From the NCBI GenBank assembly GCA_017634275.1, contig JAGBNQ010000031.1, forward strand, positions 3,348-67,347: a DNA stretch of 64,000 nucleotides. The letters run 5' to 3'. Each line of letters starts with the position of its first letter. Positions within the stretch are counted from its first letter, which is position 1. Source of the stretch: Ruminococcus sp. (GTDB lineage Bacteria > Bacillota > Clostridia > Oscillospirales > Ruminococcaceae). Positions 9,738 to 18,364 of the stretch are shown here, piece after piece. The position numbers were made by a program, and so were the translations under genes. Under the pieces are notes generated by a model that was not told where the DNA came from, ran no database searches, and saw nothing but the letters and a program-made list of their open reading frames with translations.

Positions 9738-10550
9738 ATGAAAAAGAACAGCGCAAAGATGAAACTGTTATCCGCAGCAGGAATGCTTGGCATATCCGCA
9801 GCTATGCTCGCTACGAGTACTTATGCGTGGTTTACGATGAATAAGACTGTAACTGCAACTGGTATGCAGGTTAAGGCTAAGGCAGAAAGTGGTTTGCTGA
9901 TTTCTAATGCAGCACAGGGGACTTATGCTGATACTGCTACAACCACGAAGACTACTTGTACTGAGTTGTATCCCGGAAGTACAAAAGACCTTGCAAATTG
10001 GCTCCATAGTACAAGTAAAAAGACTGATACAGCTAATACAGAAGAAAAATATGATGCTGGTGTTGAGTGGACTGAGAATAACGGGAATTATGGAAACTTT
10101 GTATCTCATGATTTTTATATCAAGTCATCATCAGAAGAGTTTGACGTTACATCTTTAGATATTAACAGTGTTACAGTCAAAGTTGGTAGTAATGCTCCTG
10201 CACAAGACTTGTCTAAATCTATTCGTGTTGGACTTAAAATTGAGGGCGATTCAACGAACTATTTTTATGCACCTGTAGAAGGTTTTACGACTACAGTATC
10301 GGTTCAGAACGCAGCTGGGGACTATAGCTCAACTGAGCGAACAAATGTCACGGCAGTCGCTGGTGATACTAAATCTAACTCGAGTATTACAAATATTCCT
10401 TCTGTAAATGGAACACCTATTCACGCGACTGTTTATATTTGGTTTGAAGGTGAGGATAATGCATGCATTTCTGACAATCTTAATAAAGCAATTCCAAATC
10501 TTGAACAATTAGATTTTACAGTCGAATTTGGATATACTGAAACAGCATAA
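9738..10550 (+). CDS. Secreted protein with SipW-class signal peptide (TasA/BsaA-like fibre subunit candidate)
   Basis: Basic N-terminus, hydrophobic stretch, then STYA|WFT typical of SipW-cognate signal peptides; Thr/Ser-rich beta-type body; C-terminal VYIWFEGEDNAC. Confidence 0.75.
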   Translation: MKKNSAKMKLLSAAGMLGISAAMLATSTYAWFTMNKTVTATGMQVKAKAESGLLISNAAQGTYADTATTTKTTCTELYPGSTKDLANWLHSTSKKTDTANTEEKYDAGVEWTENNGNYGNFVSHDFYIKSSSEEFDVTSLDINSVTVKVGSNAPAQDLSKSIRVGLKIEGDSTNYFYAPVEGFTTTVSVQNAAGDYSSTERTNVTAVAGDTKSNSSITNIPSVNGTPIHATVYIWFEGEDNACISDNLNKAIPNLEQLDFTVEFGYTETA

Positions 10551-10561
10551 AATTACAATAT

Positions 10562-10622
10562 CTTCCCCCTCCTCGGAGGGGGATTTTTATGCCCTGAGAT
10601 TTCCAAATCTTGGGGCTTTTTT
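10562..10622 (+). terminator. Tandem terminator hairpins
   Basis: TCCCCCTCC-TC-GGAGGGGGA-TTTTT and GCCCTGAGAT..ATCTTGGGGC-TTTTTT. Confidence 0.75.
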
Positions 10623-10634
10623 AGTTATTTTTAA

Positions 10635-10663
10635 TTGACATTTTAGCGAATTTGTAGTATAAT
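10635..10663 (+). promoter_or_regulatory. Consensus SigA promoter for the EAL-sipW-McrB-like operon
   Basis: TTGACA-17-TATAAT. Confidence 0.85.
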
Positions 10664-10703
10664 ATAATAGAGTGACTATTTCTATTTGTGGGGAGTGATG
10701 AAC

Positions 10704-11483
10704 GTGGCTGAAAATCAGATGCTTGTGGACGGCTTAAGGGCTGTTGAGCTTTATTACAGAAATGTCAGGGAAATATCAAGCGGCTCGGCGGCGTTTATCC
10801 AGTCACAGACGCGGCTCAACACGCCTGATATGGGCGTTATGATGCCCGAGGCGTATCGTGAGCTTTGCGATTACACCAATCAGTCGGTGGCGCTTTTCGG
10901 GCTGGAGCTTGTGCAGGGTCTTGAAGCGCTTGGCAAGTTTGAGGAAAGAGAAGTGGCTTTCCACTGGCTTTCCGTTTATATGCCCGTAAATTTTTTAAGA
11001 GATGAAAAGGCTGAAAAGGGTATTATGGGGTACATTGAGCGCTACAGGATAAATTCAAACCGCATTTGCTTTGAGCTGCCCGACAAGCTGCTTGATGAAA
11101 CGGACGGCGCGGCGGCGGAAAATATAAAAAAGCTCAGAAACCGCGGTTTTCACTTTATGCTTGAAAACTTCGGCGCGGCAACTACGCCGATGATGAGGCT
11201 GTCTGATTTCGCGGTGGACTATGTGCTTATGAGCGCTGAGGTGACTAACTACTTGGGGCGCGATGAAAGGGCAGACAATGCTGTTAAGTCGATGATAAGC
11301 TTTGCGCGTGATATGGGCGCTGAACCTATTGCAGACGGCGTTGTGAATGCTAAGCAGGCGGAAACGCTCTTTGAATTTGAATGCAATTACTGCACGGGCG
11401 CGCTTGCAGGGAAATATATGCAGGAGCGCTATATAAGACGGCACGGCGATGATGATGAGGATACTGACGATAAGCAGGAATAA
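10704..11483 (+). CDS. Stand-alone degenerate EAL-domain protein
   Basis: EAL layout (LSVYM, ICFEL, LRNRGFHFMLENFG, ADGV, CNYCTG) with catalytic motifs substituted; start codon uncertain (10686-10704). Confidence 0.8.
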   Translation: MAENQMLVDGLRAVELYYRNVREISSGSAAFIQSQTRLNTPDMGVMMPEAYRELCDYTNQSVALFGLELVQGLEALGKFEEREVAFHWLSVYMPVNFLRDEKAEKGIMGYIERYRINSNRICFELPDKLLDETDGAAAENIKKLRNRGFHFMLENFGAATTPMMRLSDFAVDYVLMSAEVTNYLGRDERADNAVKSMISFARDMGAEPIADGVVNAKQAETLFEFECNYCTGALAGKYMQERYIRRHGDDDEDTDDKQE

Positions 11484-11495
11484 AGGAGTAACCCT

Positions 11496-12209
11496 ATGGA
11501 CGAGAATATAAGAGATGTCTTGGAATTAAGACGAACTGCCAAAGAGGTCAAGCGGCACGTTGTGCTCATGCGCGTGCTGGGGCTTTTGGCGATAATACTT
11601 ATAGCGATAGTTTCCATTGCCTACGCTATTGCGTATTTCTATGACAAATACGGCAGCTTTACCGTAAGGATAGACAAGTACGATATGGTAAAGCAGGGGC
11701 TGACACTTTCGGAAAGCCCCGAGTGGGACAAGACGCAGTCGGTGCTCAATGCTGACATTGTTTATGATATGACAAACATAAGCGGCGAGGACCTGCCCGA
11801 GAATATAGATATGGTAAACGGCTCGCACAATGGCGACAGCTACATAGCTTACACATTTTACCTTATCAATTCGGGTGATGACACTATCTCCTACGAGGGG
11901 GAGATGACGCTTGAAAACGTAACTAACAAGCTTGACGAGGCAATAAGGATAGCGGTATACATAAACGGCGAAAAGACGGTCTACGGCAAGACTAAGTCAG
12001 ACGGCTCGGGAATAGAGGGTGACTGTGACAGGGAATTTGAAACGTCAAACATAGTAATGACTACCGCAAAGCAAGGCTTTAAGCCGCAGGCTAAGGATAA
12101 ATACACCGTTGTGGTGTGGCTTGAGGGAAATGACCCTGACTGCACCGATGAGCTGATAGGCGGAACACTTAAGCTTGGAATGGATTTCAAGATAGTGGAA
12201 ACTACATGA
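11496..12209 (+). CDS. Membrane-anchored/secreted paralogue of the 9738 protein
   Basis: N-terminal TM; YTFYLINSG, AIRIAVYING and YTVVVWLEGNDPDC match HDFYIKSS, SIRVGLKIEG and VYIWFEGEDNAC of the 9738 protein. Confidence 0.7.
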   Translation: MDENIRDVLELRRTAKEVKRHVVLMRVLGLLAIILIAIVSIAYAIAYFYDKYGSFTVRIDKYDMVKQGLTLSESPEWDKTQSVLNADIVYDMTNISGEDLPENIDMVNGSHNGDSYIAYTFYLINSGDDTISYEGEMTLENVTNKLDEAIRIAVYINGEKTVYGKTKSDGSGIEGDCDREFETSNIVMTTAKQGFKPQAKDKYTVVVWLEGNDPDCTDELIGGTLKLGMDFKIVETT

Positions 12210-12248
12210 TAAACCGGACTTTCAATTTTTAAATAGGGGAGCAGAATT

Positions 12249-12932
12249 ATGAAAAAAGCGCTTTCGATAATACTTAACATTCTCGCGTGGATAATTCTTT
12301 TATTTGCATTGCTGGTAACGGTACTTGTTTTTTCATCGTCAAGAAACGGCGATACGGCAAACCTTTTCGGGTACATACCGCTGACGGTCGAGTCAAATTC
12401 GATGAAACCGACCTTTGAGGAGGGCGACCTTATCATCATAAAGGAGATAGATGACCTTTATGACCTCAAAAAGGGCGATGTTATAACATACTGGACGATA
12501 ATCGACGGCAAGAGAGTCAAAAACACCCACCGAATCGTTGAGATAAATGAGTATGAAACATCAAGAAGTTTCGTGATGAAGGGCGATAACAACGACAAAA
12601 ACGATGATGAAACAGTCCTTCCTTCGGATATCATAGGCAAGTGGGGAGAAACAAAGATCCCCGGCGGAGGAAAGGTTATGGATTTCCTTCGGACTAAAAA
12701 GGGCTTTTTTATCTGCATAGTTATACCTATGATAATCTTCTTCCTGTTTGAGCTTTACAAGTTTATAGTAACGCTTGTTGAGGTCAAAAAGCCCGCACTT
12801 TCCGAGGCGGACGAGGAAGAGATAAAGAGAAAGGCAATTGAAGAATACTTAGCCGAGCAGCAAAAGACTACCGATAACGATAAAACAGACGCGCAAGAAA
12901 AAAATGAGAACGCGGAAAATAAGAATGAGTAA
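12249..12932 (+). CDS. sipW: Signal peptidase I, SipW/ER type (S26B)
   Basis: TVESNSMKPT (Ser), GDVITY, NTHRIV (His), MKGDNN; flanking TM helices. Confidence 0.88.
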   Translation: MKKALSIILNILAWIILLFALLVTVLVFSSSRNGDTANLFGYIPLTVESNSMKPTFEEGDLIIIKEIDDLYDLKKGDVITYWTIIDGKRVKNTHRIVEINEYETSRSFVMKGDNNDKNDDETVLPSDIIGKWGETKIPGGGKVMDFLRTKKGFFICIVIPMIIFFLFELYKFIVTLVEVKKPALSEADEEEIKRKAIEEYLAEQQKTTDNDKTDAQEKNENAENKNE

Positions 12933-12948
12933 AAATTAGGAGTAGGCT

Positions 12949-14529
12949 ATGAATGCATTTTTAAAATGGTTTTTTGTCTTTATATCCGAGATGCTAAAGG
13001 GCTTTGCCGAGATATTTACGGGGCTTTGGCACGGGTTAAAGCAGATATTCAACATCAAAAACTACATAAGTATATTTAAAAGCTATTCTACCGAGTTCGG
13101 GGCGCTGGCGTGGATACTCTCTATCCTTGCCATTGTGATAGTTGCGGCTATTTTTGTGATAATAGCGCTTATGATAATTCTCGGGATAAGAAAGTATATC
13201 CGTTTCAGGCACTCTATCGTTTCAAATGAGGATCTGCTTGAAGAAATTGCCCTTTTGCAGAGGCGCGTGCTTAAGATGACTAAGGAAAAGGACGAGATCA
13301 TGGCTATGAAGATAGCGCAGATGGGCGTTCCTATGTCGGGTAATATAGCTTTAGGCGACGGGCAGATGATGCTTGAGGGCGAGGCCGCAGGCGCTGAGGG
13401 TATGGCAGGCGAGGCTGTTACTACCGACGACGGCGTTATACAGACTACCGACAGGCGTTTTTCAAAGCTCATGGAGGTCGATGCATTCTACAAGACCTAC
13501 ACGCCGCCTGAGTATGACAACACCATAACACTTGAGGAATTCTGCGACAGATACAGAAACTTCGCCTGCTCGCGTATGCACCTTTACTATGAGCCTAAGA
13601 CTATCAGGCTGTTTATTGCTGGTATGGCATCGACAAAGCTCATTATTTTGCAGGGTATTTCCGGTACAGGTAAGACATCACTTCCTTACTCGTTCGGTAA
13701 GTTTTTGCAAAATGATACGACTATCGCATCAGTTCAGCCCTCGTGGCGTGACCGTACAGAGCTTTTTGGCTACTTCAACGAATTTACAAAGAACTTTAAC
13801 GAAACAGAAACGCTTAAGAGAATATATTCTTCAAGCTTTAACAACGACATAAACCTTATCCTGCTCGATGAGATGAACATTGCGCGTATTGAGTATTACT
13901 TTGCGGAAATGCTCTCGATACTTGAAATGCCAAACGCTGACGAGTGGGAGCTTGACATTGTTCCCAATGCGTGGAGTACCGACCCTGTAAACCTTGACCA
14001 CGGCAAGATAAAGATACCGCAGAATATATGGTACATCGGAACGGCTAACAACGATGATTCGACCTACGCTATATCCGATAAGGTATATGACCGTGCGCAG
14101 CCGATAAACCTTGATGCTAAGGGTATCGCTTTCGATGCGCCCGATACACCGCCTATAAATATGGGCTTTGACCACCTTGATGCGCTCTTTAACGAGGCAT
14201 TTGAGAAATACCCCATTTCGCAGGAGAACTTAAGAAAGATCCAGCAGCTTGACCTATGGGTCATCGAAAAATTAAGAGTTGCTTTCGGTAACCGTATCTT
14301 AAAGCAGATGAACCTCTTTGTTCCCGTATACGTTGCCTGCGGCGGCGAGGAGCTTGACGGCATTGACTATGTTCTTGCGACAAAGATCTTCAGAAAGTTT
14401 GAGAGCTTAAACCTTGCTATGCTGCGTGAGGAATTAAGAGAGCTTTGCGTTTATATGACAAAGCTTTTCGGCAAGAACAAGATGAACGAATCTATTGCTT
14501 ATCTGGAGAGATTGCAGAAGTTGTTCTGA
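12949..14529 (+). CDS. McrB-like AAA+ NTPase with N-terminal membrane anchor
   Basis: Walker A GISGTGKT, VQPSWRDRTELFGYFN, Walker B LLDEMNIARIEYYF, GTANNDDST (NxxD), SDKVYDRA; hydrophobic N-terminus. Confidence 0.85.
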   Translation: MNAFLKWFFVFISEMLKGFAEIFTGLWHGLKQIFNIKNYISIFKSYSTEFGALAWILSILAIVIVAAIFVIIALMIILGIRKYIRFRHSIVSNEDLLEEIALLQRRVLKMTKEKDEIMAMKIAQMGVPMSGNIALGDGQMMLEGEAAGAEGMAGEAVTTDDGVIQTTDRRFSKLMEVDAFYKTYTPPEYDNTITLEEFCDRYRNFACSRMHLYYEPKTIRLFIAGMASTKLIILQGISGTGKTSLPYSFGKFLQNDTTIASVQPSWRDRTELFGYFNEFTKNFNETETLKRIYSSSFNNDINLILLDEMNIARIEYYFAEMLSILEMPNADEWELDIVPNAWSTDPVNLDHGKIKIPQNIWYIGTANNDDSTYAISDKVYDRAQPINLDAKGIAFDAPDTPPINMGFDHLDALFNEAFEKYPISQENLRKIQQLDLWVIEKLRVAFGNRILKQMNLFVPVYVACGGEELDGIDYVLATKIFRKFESLNLAMLREELRELCVYMTKLFGKNKMNESIAYLERLQKLF

Positions 14530-14531
14530 TA

Positions 14532-14688
14532 AATGCACAATTAAGGTGTGATGGATATGGCATATTTTCACTAAAAAATTGTCATGTGCATTAATACATT
14601 GCTATTTGGTTGATCGGTCAGGATATTACGCAAGCTGTTTACATGGAAAAGAAAATAATTGTGCATTGTGCATTTTGCATTGTGCATT
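14532..14688. repeat. Intergenic element bounded by AATGCACAATT/AATTGTGCATT with a TGCATTG-type heptamer run
   Basis: Inverted 11-mer plus a GTGCATT/TTGCATT tandem run at 14657-14688. Confidence 0.6.
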
Positions 14689-14711
14689 AGAAAAGGTGGT
14701 GAGTCGGCGCT

Positions 14712-16964
14712 TTGGCAGGTTCAAATCAGGAGTGGTACAAGGAATTCAAGAGCTTTGTGAAGGAATTTGATGATGATGAGCTGTTTAATTCGCTCGATTC
14801 ACTTCTTCATGCAAGCAGGAATAACTTTGCCTTCAACAAGAAAATAATGGAAAAGGCGATAGACGTTTCGTGGGTGGAAACTATCGAAAACGGGCTTATG
14901 CACGTTGACAACGTTATAAGAAACCCGAGGCGGACTATCGAAGATGTTGAGGAGGTAGTGCCGATAGCACTCTCACGCAAGATAACCGTTGAGAGCGTTA
15001 AGCACTTAGCCCAGCACACCGACCTTATCCAGAGCATAGACAAAAAGACGGGGAAAATAACCCCGTCAAAGATACTTAACGTTCATAAGGAAGAAAGCCT
15101 TATGACCTATGAGAACAAGTTTGTCAACACGCTTGTTGACAGGCTGTATATATTTATAAACAGAAGATACGAAAAGCTCGCCCAGGTGGCTAAGGACGAG
15201 GAAGTGCTGACCCTCGGCTACGATACCGACATTGACGACGGTATGGGCGGCAAGATGAAAATAAACATAAACATTGAAACTATTGACAGCCTTGACACCG
15301 TCAACGAAAGCGGACTAACCGTCTGGCAGAGGGTGGAAAAGCTAAAAAAGGTAATAGAGGGCTACAAGGGGTCGGAGCTTTGCACGACACTCGGCAATAC
15401 ATACATAAGGCCGCCCGTAATGCGTACAAACGCTATTATGAAAAACGTTGACCTTAAGGCCTGCCTGACGCTTTGGCAGTATGTTGAGAGCTACGACAAG
15501 GTAGGTTATGAGATAAATGTTGAGAACACGGCGGTAAAGCCCGATATCAAGTATGTTGAGGACTTTTACAAGATAGTTGTGCTGAGCCTTTTGCTGTTTC
15601 GCTCATATAATGCGCAGGGCGGCAACAAAAAGCTCGAGGAGATGAAGACTGTAAAACAGAAATCCCTCCTGCCGAGGTTCTTAAAGCACTTTGACAAGGA
15701 GCTTGCAAGCTCCTACGATATTCAGACAGATGCCGCGGCAGGATACCTTGCGGCGGACAGCGACTTAAAGCTTATAAAGAAAATGCCCGAGGACGTTTCG
15801 GGAGTGATCGACCAGGTAGCAAAGGTAATTGAGATAGAGAGAAACTACCTGCGCGAGCAGGAGCGGCTAAGGCTTGAACGCTTAAAGGCCGAAGAGGAGG
15901 CCGAGCGCCTGCGGCAGGAGGAGCTTGCAAGGCAGGAGGAGCTAAGGCGAATAGAAGAGGCCAAGGAGGCCGAGCGCGAGCGCATAAGGCAGCAGCAGCT
16001 TGAAGAGGAAAGGCAGCTGCGCGAAATGCTTGAGCAGAAAAGAAAAGAGCAGGAGGCTGCCGAAAAGGAGCGCGCAAGGCAGGAGGAAATTCGTCTTGCA
16101 AGGCTCGAAGAGGAGCGAAAGAAGGCCGAGGAGGAGCGCTTAAGGAAAGAGCAGCTTGAAAAGGAAGAGGCCGAGCGCGAGAGGATAAAGCAAGAAAAGC
16201 TGCAGGTAATGACAGAGCTTGGCGAGGCAGAGGGAATAGATGCCGAGAAGATAGAGGAAGAGGTCCAGGCTGCCGAGGAGACCGAGGAGCAGAAGGCTTA
16301 CGAGGAAGTTACCGAGGCGGAGATAGAGGAAGTTATAGAGGAGGCTGCCGAGGAAGGCGAGAGCGAGCAGGAGCAGCCCGAGGAAATGGAAGACCCGAGA
16401 GCTATTGCTGCGCGAATGAAGATAGAGCAGCAAAAGCGCGAGAAGGAGCGTGCCGAAAGAGAGCGCGCCGAGCGGCTTAAGGCTGACAGGCAGCGCTTTG
16501 AGGCTAAGCCCTTCAGGGAGATATACAAGGAATACTCAAAGAATCCTATCTACGCGATACCGAGGCTTATCAGGTATATTCTGGCATATGTATTCGGGAT
16601 CATTCCCGAGAATACGGATAACCCCGACTTGAAGGAAAGGCTTGCTAAGAGAAAGGCGGAGGCCGAGGCAAGAGAGATCGAGCAGGCAAAGAAGATCGAG
16701 ATGGAGGGCTACTACAAAAAGTATGCACAGACCTTCAAATACCGCTTTATGCGTAAGATCGGCGATATAAAGTTCAAGCGAAAGAAGAAAAAGGAGCGCA
16801 AGAACAAGCCGAGACCTGTTTACAAGCCGCCCGTTCGTACTGCGCAGGAGCAGCGTGAGATAGATCAGATGATGAAAAAGCTCTATAAGCAGTACCACGT
16901 TACTGTATTTGAAAAGCTGAGGCGCTGGTTTGAAGAATTCAGGTTCAAGCACCGAAGGAGATGA
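14712..16964 (+). CDS. DUF2357 (McrC-like N-terminal) protein with a long charged coiled coil
   Basis: VIRNPRR, SVKHLAQH, TYENKFVNTL, TNAIMKNVD..CLTLW segments; E/R/K-rich middle; basic C-terminus; no PD-(D/E)xK motif seen. Confidence 0.7.
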   Translation: MAGSNQEWYKEFKSFVKEFDDDELFNSLDSLLHASRNNFAFNKKIMEKAIDVSWVETIENGLMHVDNVIRNPRRTIEDVEEVVPIALSRKITVESVKHLAQHTDLIQSIDKKTGKITPSKILNVHKEESLMTYENKFVNTLVDRLYIFINRRYEKLAQVAKDEEVLTLGYDTDIDDGMGGKMKININIETIDSLDTVNESGLTVWQRVEKLKKVIEGYKGSELCTTLGNTYIRPPVMRTNAIMKNVDLKACLTLWQYVESYDKVGYEINVENTAVKPDIKYVEDFYKIVVLSLLLFRSYNAQGGNKKLEEMKTVKQKSLLPRFLKHFDKELASSYDIQTDAAAGYLAADSDLKLIKKMPEDVSGVIDQVAKVIEIERNYLREQERLRLERLKAEEEAERLRQEELARQEELRRIEEAKEAERERIRQQQLEEERQLREMLEQKRKEQEAAEKERARQEEIRLARLEEERKKAEEERLRKEQLEKEEAERERIKQEKLQVMTELGEAEGIDAEKIEEEVQAAEETEEQKAYEEVTEAEIEEVIEEAAEEGESEQEQPEEMEDPRAIAARMKIEQQKREKERAERERAERLKADRQRFEAKPFREIYKEYSKNPIYAIPRLIRYILAYVFGIIPENTDNPDLKERLAKRKAEAEAREIEQAKKIEMEGYYKKYAQTFKYRFMRKIGDIKFKRKKKKERKNKPRPVYKPPVRTAQEQREIDQMMKKLYKQYHVTVFEKLRRWFEEFRFKHRRR

Positions 16965-17683
16965 GCGAAGGCTTGAACAGCCCCATTGATAAGCTAAAAA
17001 CAAAAAGCAGGCTTAGTAAGGCCTTCGATATTTTCCTGACTGCTTTGGTAATAATCATTGCAGGGGTGACGGCTTACATTATGATAGTGAGCCGCGGCGG
17101 AAAGAACGTTGTGAGCTTTTTTGGCAGGAGCGTTCTTGTGGTGGTGACGGGGAGCATGGAGCCGACTATCCACGAGGGAGATTACATCGAGATAAAAAAG
17201 ACAGACCCTTCTTCGCTTAAAGTTGGGGACATAATAACCTTTGTGTCAGATGATGAGGATATAAAGGGAGAGCTTGTTACTCACAGGATAGTAGGTATAA
17301 ACGATGACGGGAGTTTTTTAACAAGGGGCGATGCAAACCCGGTCGCCGATGACACAGCCGTAAGGGCTGAAAACATAAAGGGCAGATATGTGGGAAGAGT
17401 AAGGGCGCTGATGATAATAAGCTCTTTTGCAAGCCCGAAAAAGCTGCTGCTCATATTCGGGATAATACCGCTTTTGATAGTTTCTGTTTATGAAACGAGG
17501 ACGCTTATGAGACTGCTTTATCAAAGCAGGAATGATAAGAGAGAGAGCGATGATGAGCTTAAGCAAAGGCTCATAAGAGAGGAAATAGAAAAGGAAAAGC
17601 AAAGACTCCGCGAGGAGGGCTTTAAGAAAGAGGATAATGAGGAGGTGAAGCCTGATGAACCAAGAAGCGATAATGAAGCGTAG
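16961..17683 (+). CDS. sipW: Second SipW/ER-type signal peptidase I
   Basis: VVTGSMEPT, GDIITF, VTHRIV, TRGDAN; ATGA overlap with the upstream stop. Confidence 0.88.
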   Translation: MSEGLNSPIDKLKTKSRLSKAFDIFLTALVIIIAGVTAYIMIVSRGGKNVVSFFGRSVLVVVTGSMEPTIHEGDYIEIKKTDPSSLKVGDIITFVSDDEDIKGELVTHRIVGINDDGSFLTRGDANPVADDTAVRAENIKGRYVGRVRALMIISSFASPKKLLLIFGIIPLLIVSVYETRTLMRLLYQSRNDKRESDDELKQRLIREEIEKEKQRLREEGFKKEDNEEVKPDEPRSDNEA

Positions 17684-18107
17684 AATGGTGACAGCTATTA
17701 TTTTATGCATTGTAACTATTATTGGAATGCTCGTATTTATCGGGCTTTACATTGATGAAACAAAAAGGGTGCAGGAAACCTACAAGGCGCAGTACCACAC
17801 GAGCCTAAAGCACGTTTCCGATGATGTGACTTCATACCTTTCGGCTGAGGGGGATCTGGAGATGCGCTATACAAGGCTTGTGAGCGATATGTCAAATGCT
17901 GCGTCATTTGCATTTTTGCTTGACGGGTTTACCGAGAAACAGATAATAGTAAACGAGCTTGCTACCTGCCTGCTCAAATACCCCGAGCAGATGCGGGAAA
18001 GGCTCGAAGATGTAAAAAAAGCGGTAGACGATATGCAGCAAGAGCTTGACAAGGGGTATGAGGAGGCTAAGGAAATAGTAGACTCTATCAACAAGAAAGG
18101 TAATTAA
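17655..18107 (+). CDS. Hypothetical membrane-anchored helical protein
   Basis: Single N-terminal TM; overlaps the end of sipW; RBS GGAGGTG. Confidence 0.65.
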   Translation: MNQEAIMKRRMVTAIILCIVTIIGMLVFIGLYIDETKRVQETYKAQYHTSLKHVSDDVTSYLSAEGDLEMRYTRLVSDMSNAASFAFLLDGFTEKQIIVNELATCLLKYPEQMRERLEDVKKAVDDMQQELDKGYEEAKEIVDSINKKGN

Positions 18108-18126
18108 AACAAAAAGGGTGATACAG

Positions 18127-18354
18127 ATGAGCGAAAAAAGCAAACTCAAAAAGGAAATAAAAATATGTCAGCAGACTATCGAGGAGATAGAGAGAAAGCG
18201 TTCAAGGTCGCAGTCGGCGCTCGTTCAGGCGGTGCTTTTGCAGGAAACGCCGAATGAGAATGACGTTGAGTGGTTCAACAAGTACACGGGCGAGATAACC
18301 GCCTGCCGTAACCATATGATAGAGCTGCAAAAAAAGCTCGATTCGATAAAGTAA
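18127..18354 (+). CDS. Small coiled-coil hypothetical protein
   Basis: ORF with RBS AGGGTG, in the gene run. Confidence 0.65.
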   Translation: MSEKSKLKKEIKICQQTIEEIERKRSRSQSALVQAVLLQETPNENDVEWFNKYTGEITACRNHMIELQKKLDSIK

Positions 18355-18364
18355 GGGGCAGGCT

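Noticed and set aside
15840-16500. DNA repeat or mobile sequence in the GAG-rich tract
   Set aside because: Explained by the E/R/K-rich coiled-coil coding sequence
12949-16964. Canonical McrBC restriction system
   Set aside because: No DNA-binding N-terminal domain or PD-(D/E)xK nuclease motif seen; kept only as McrBC-like
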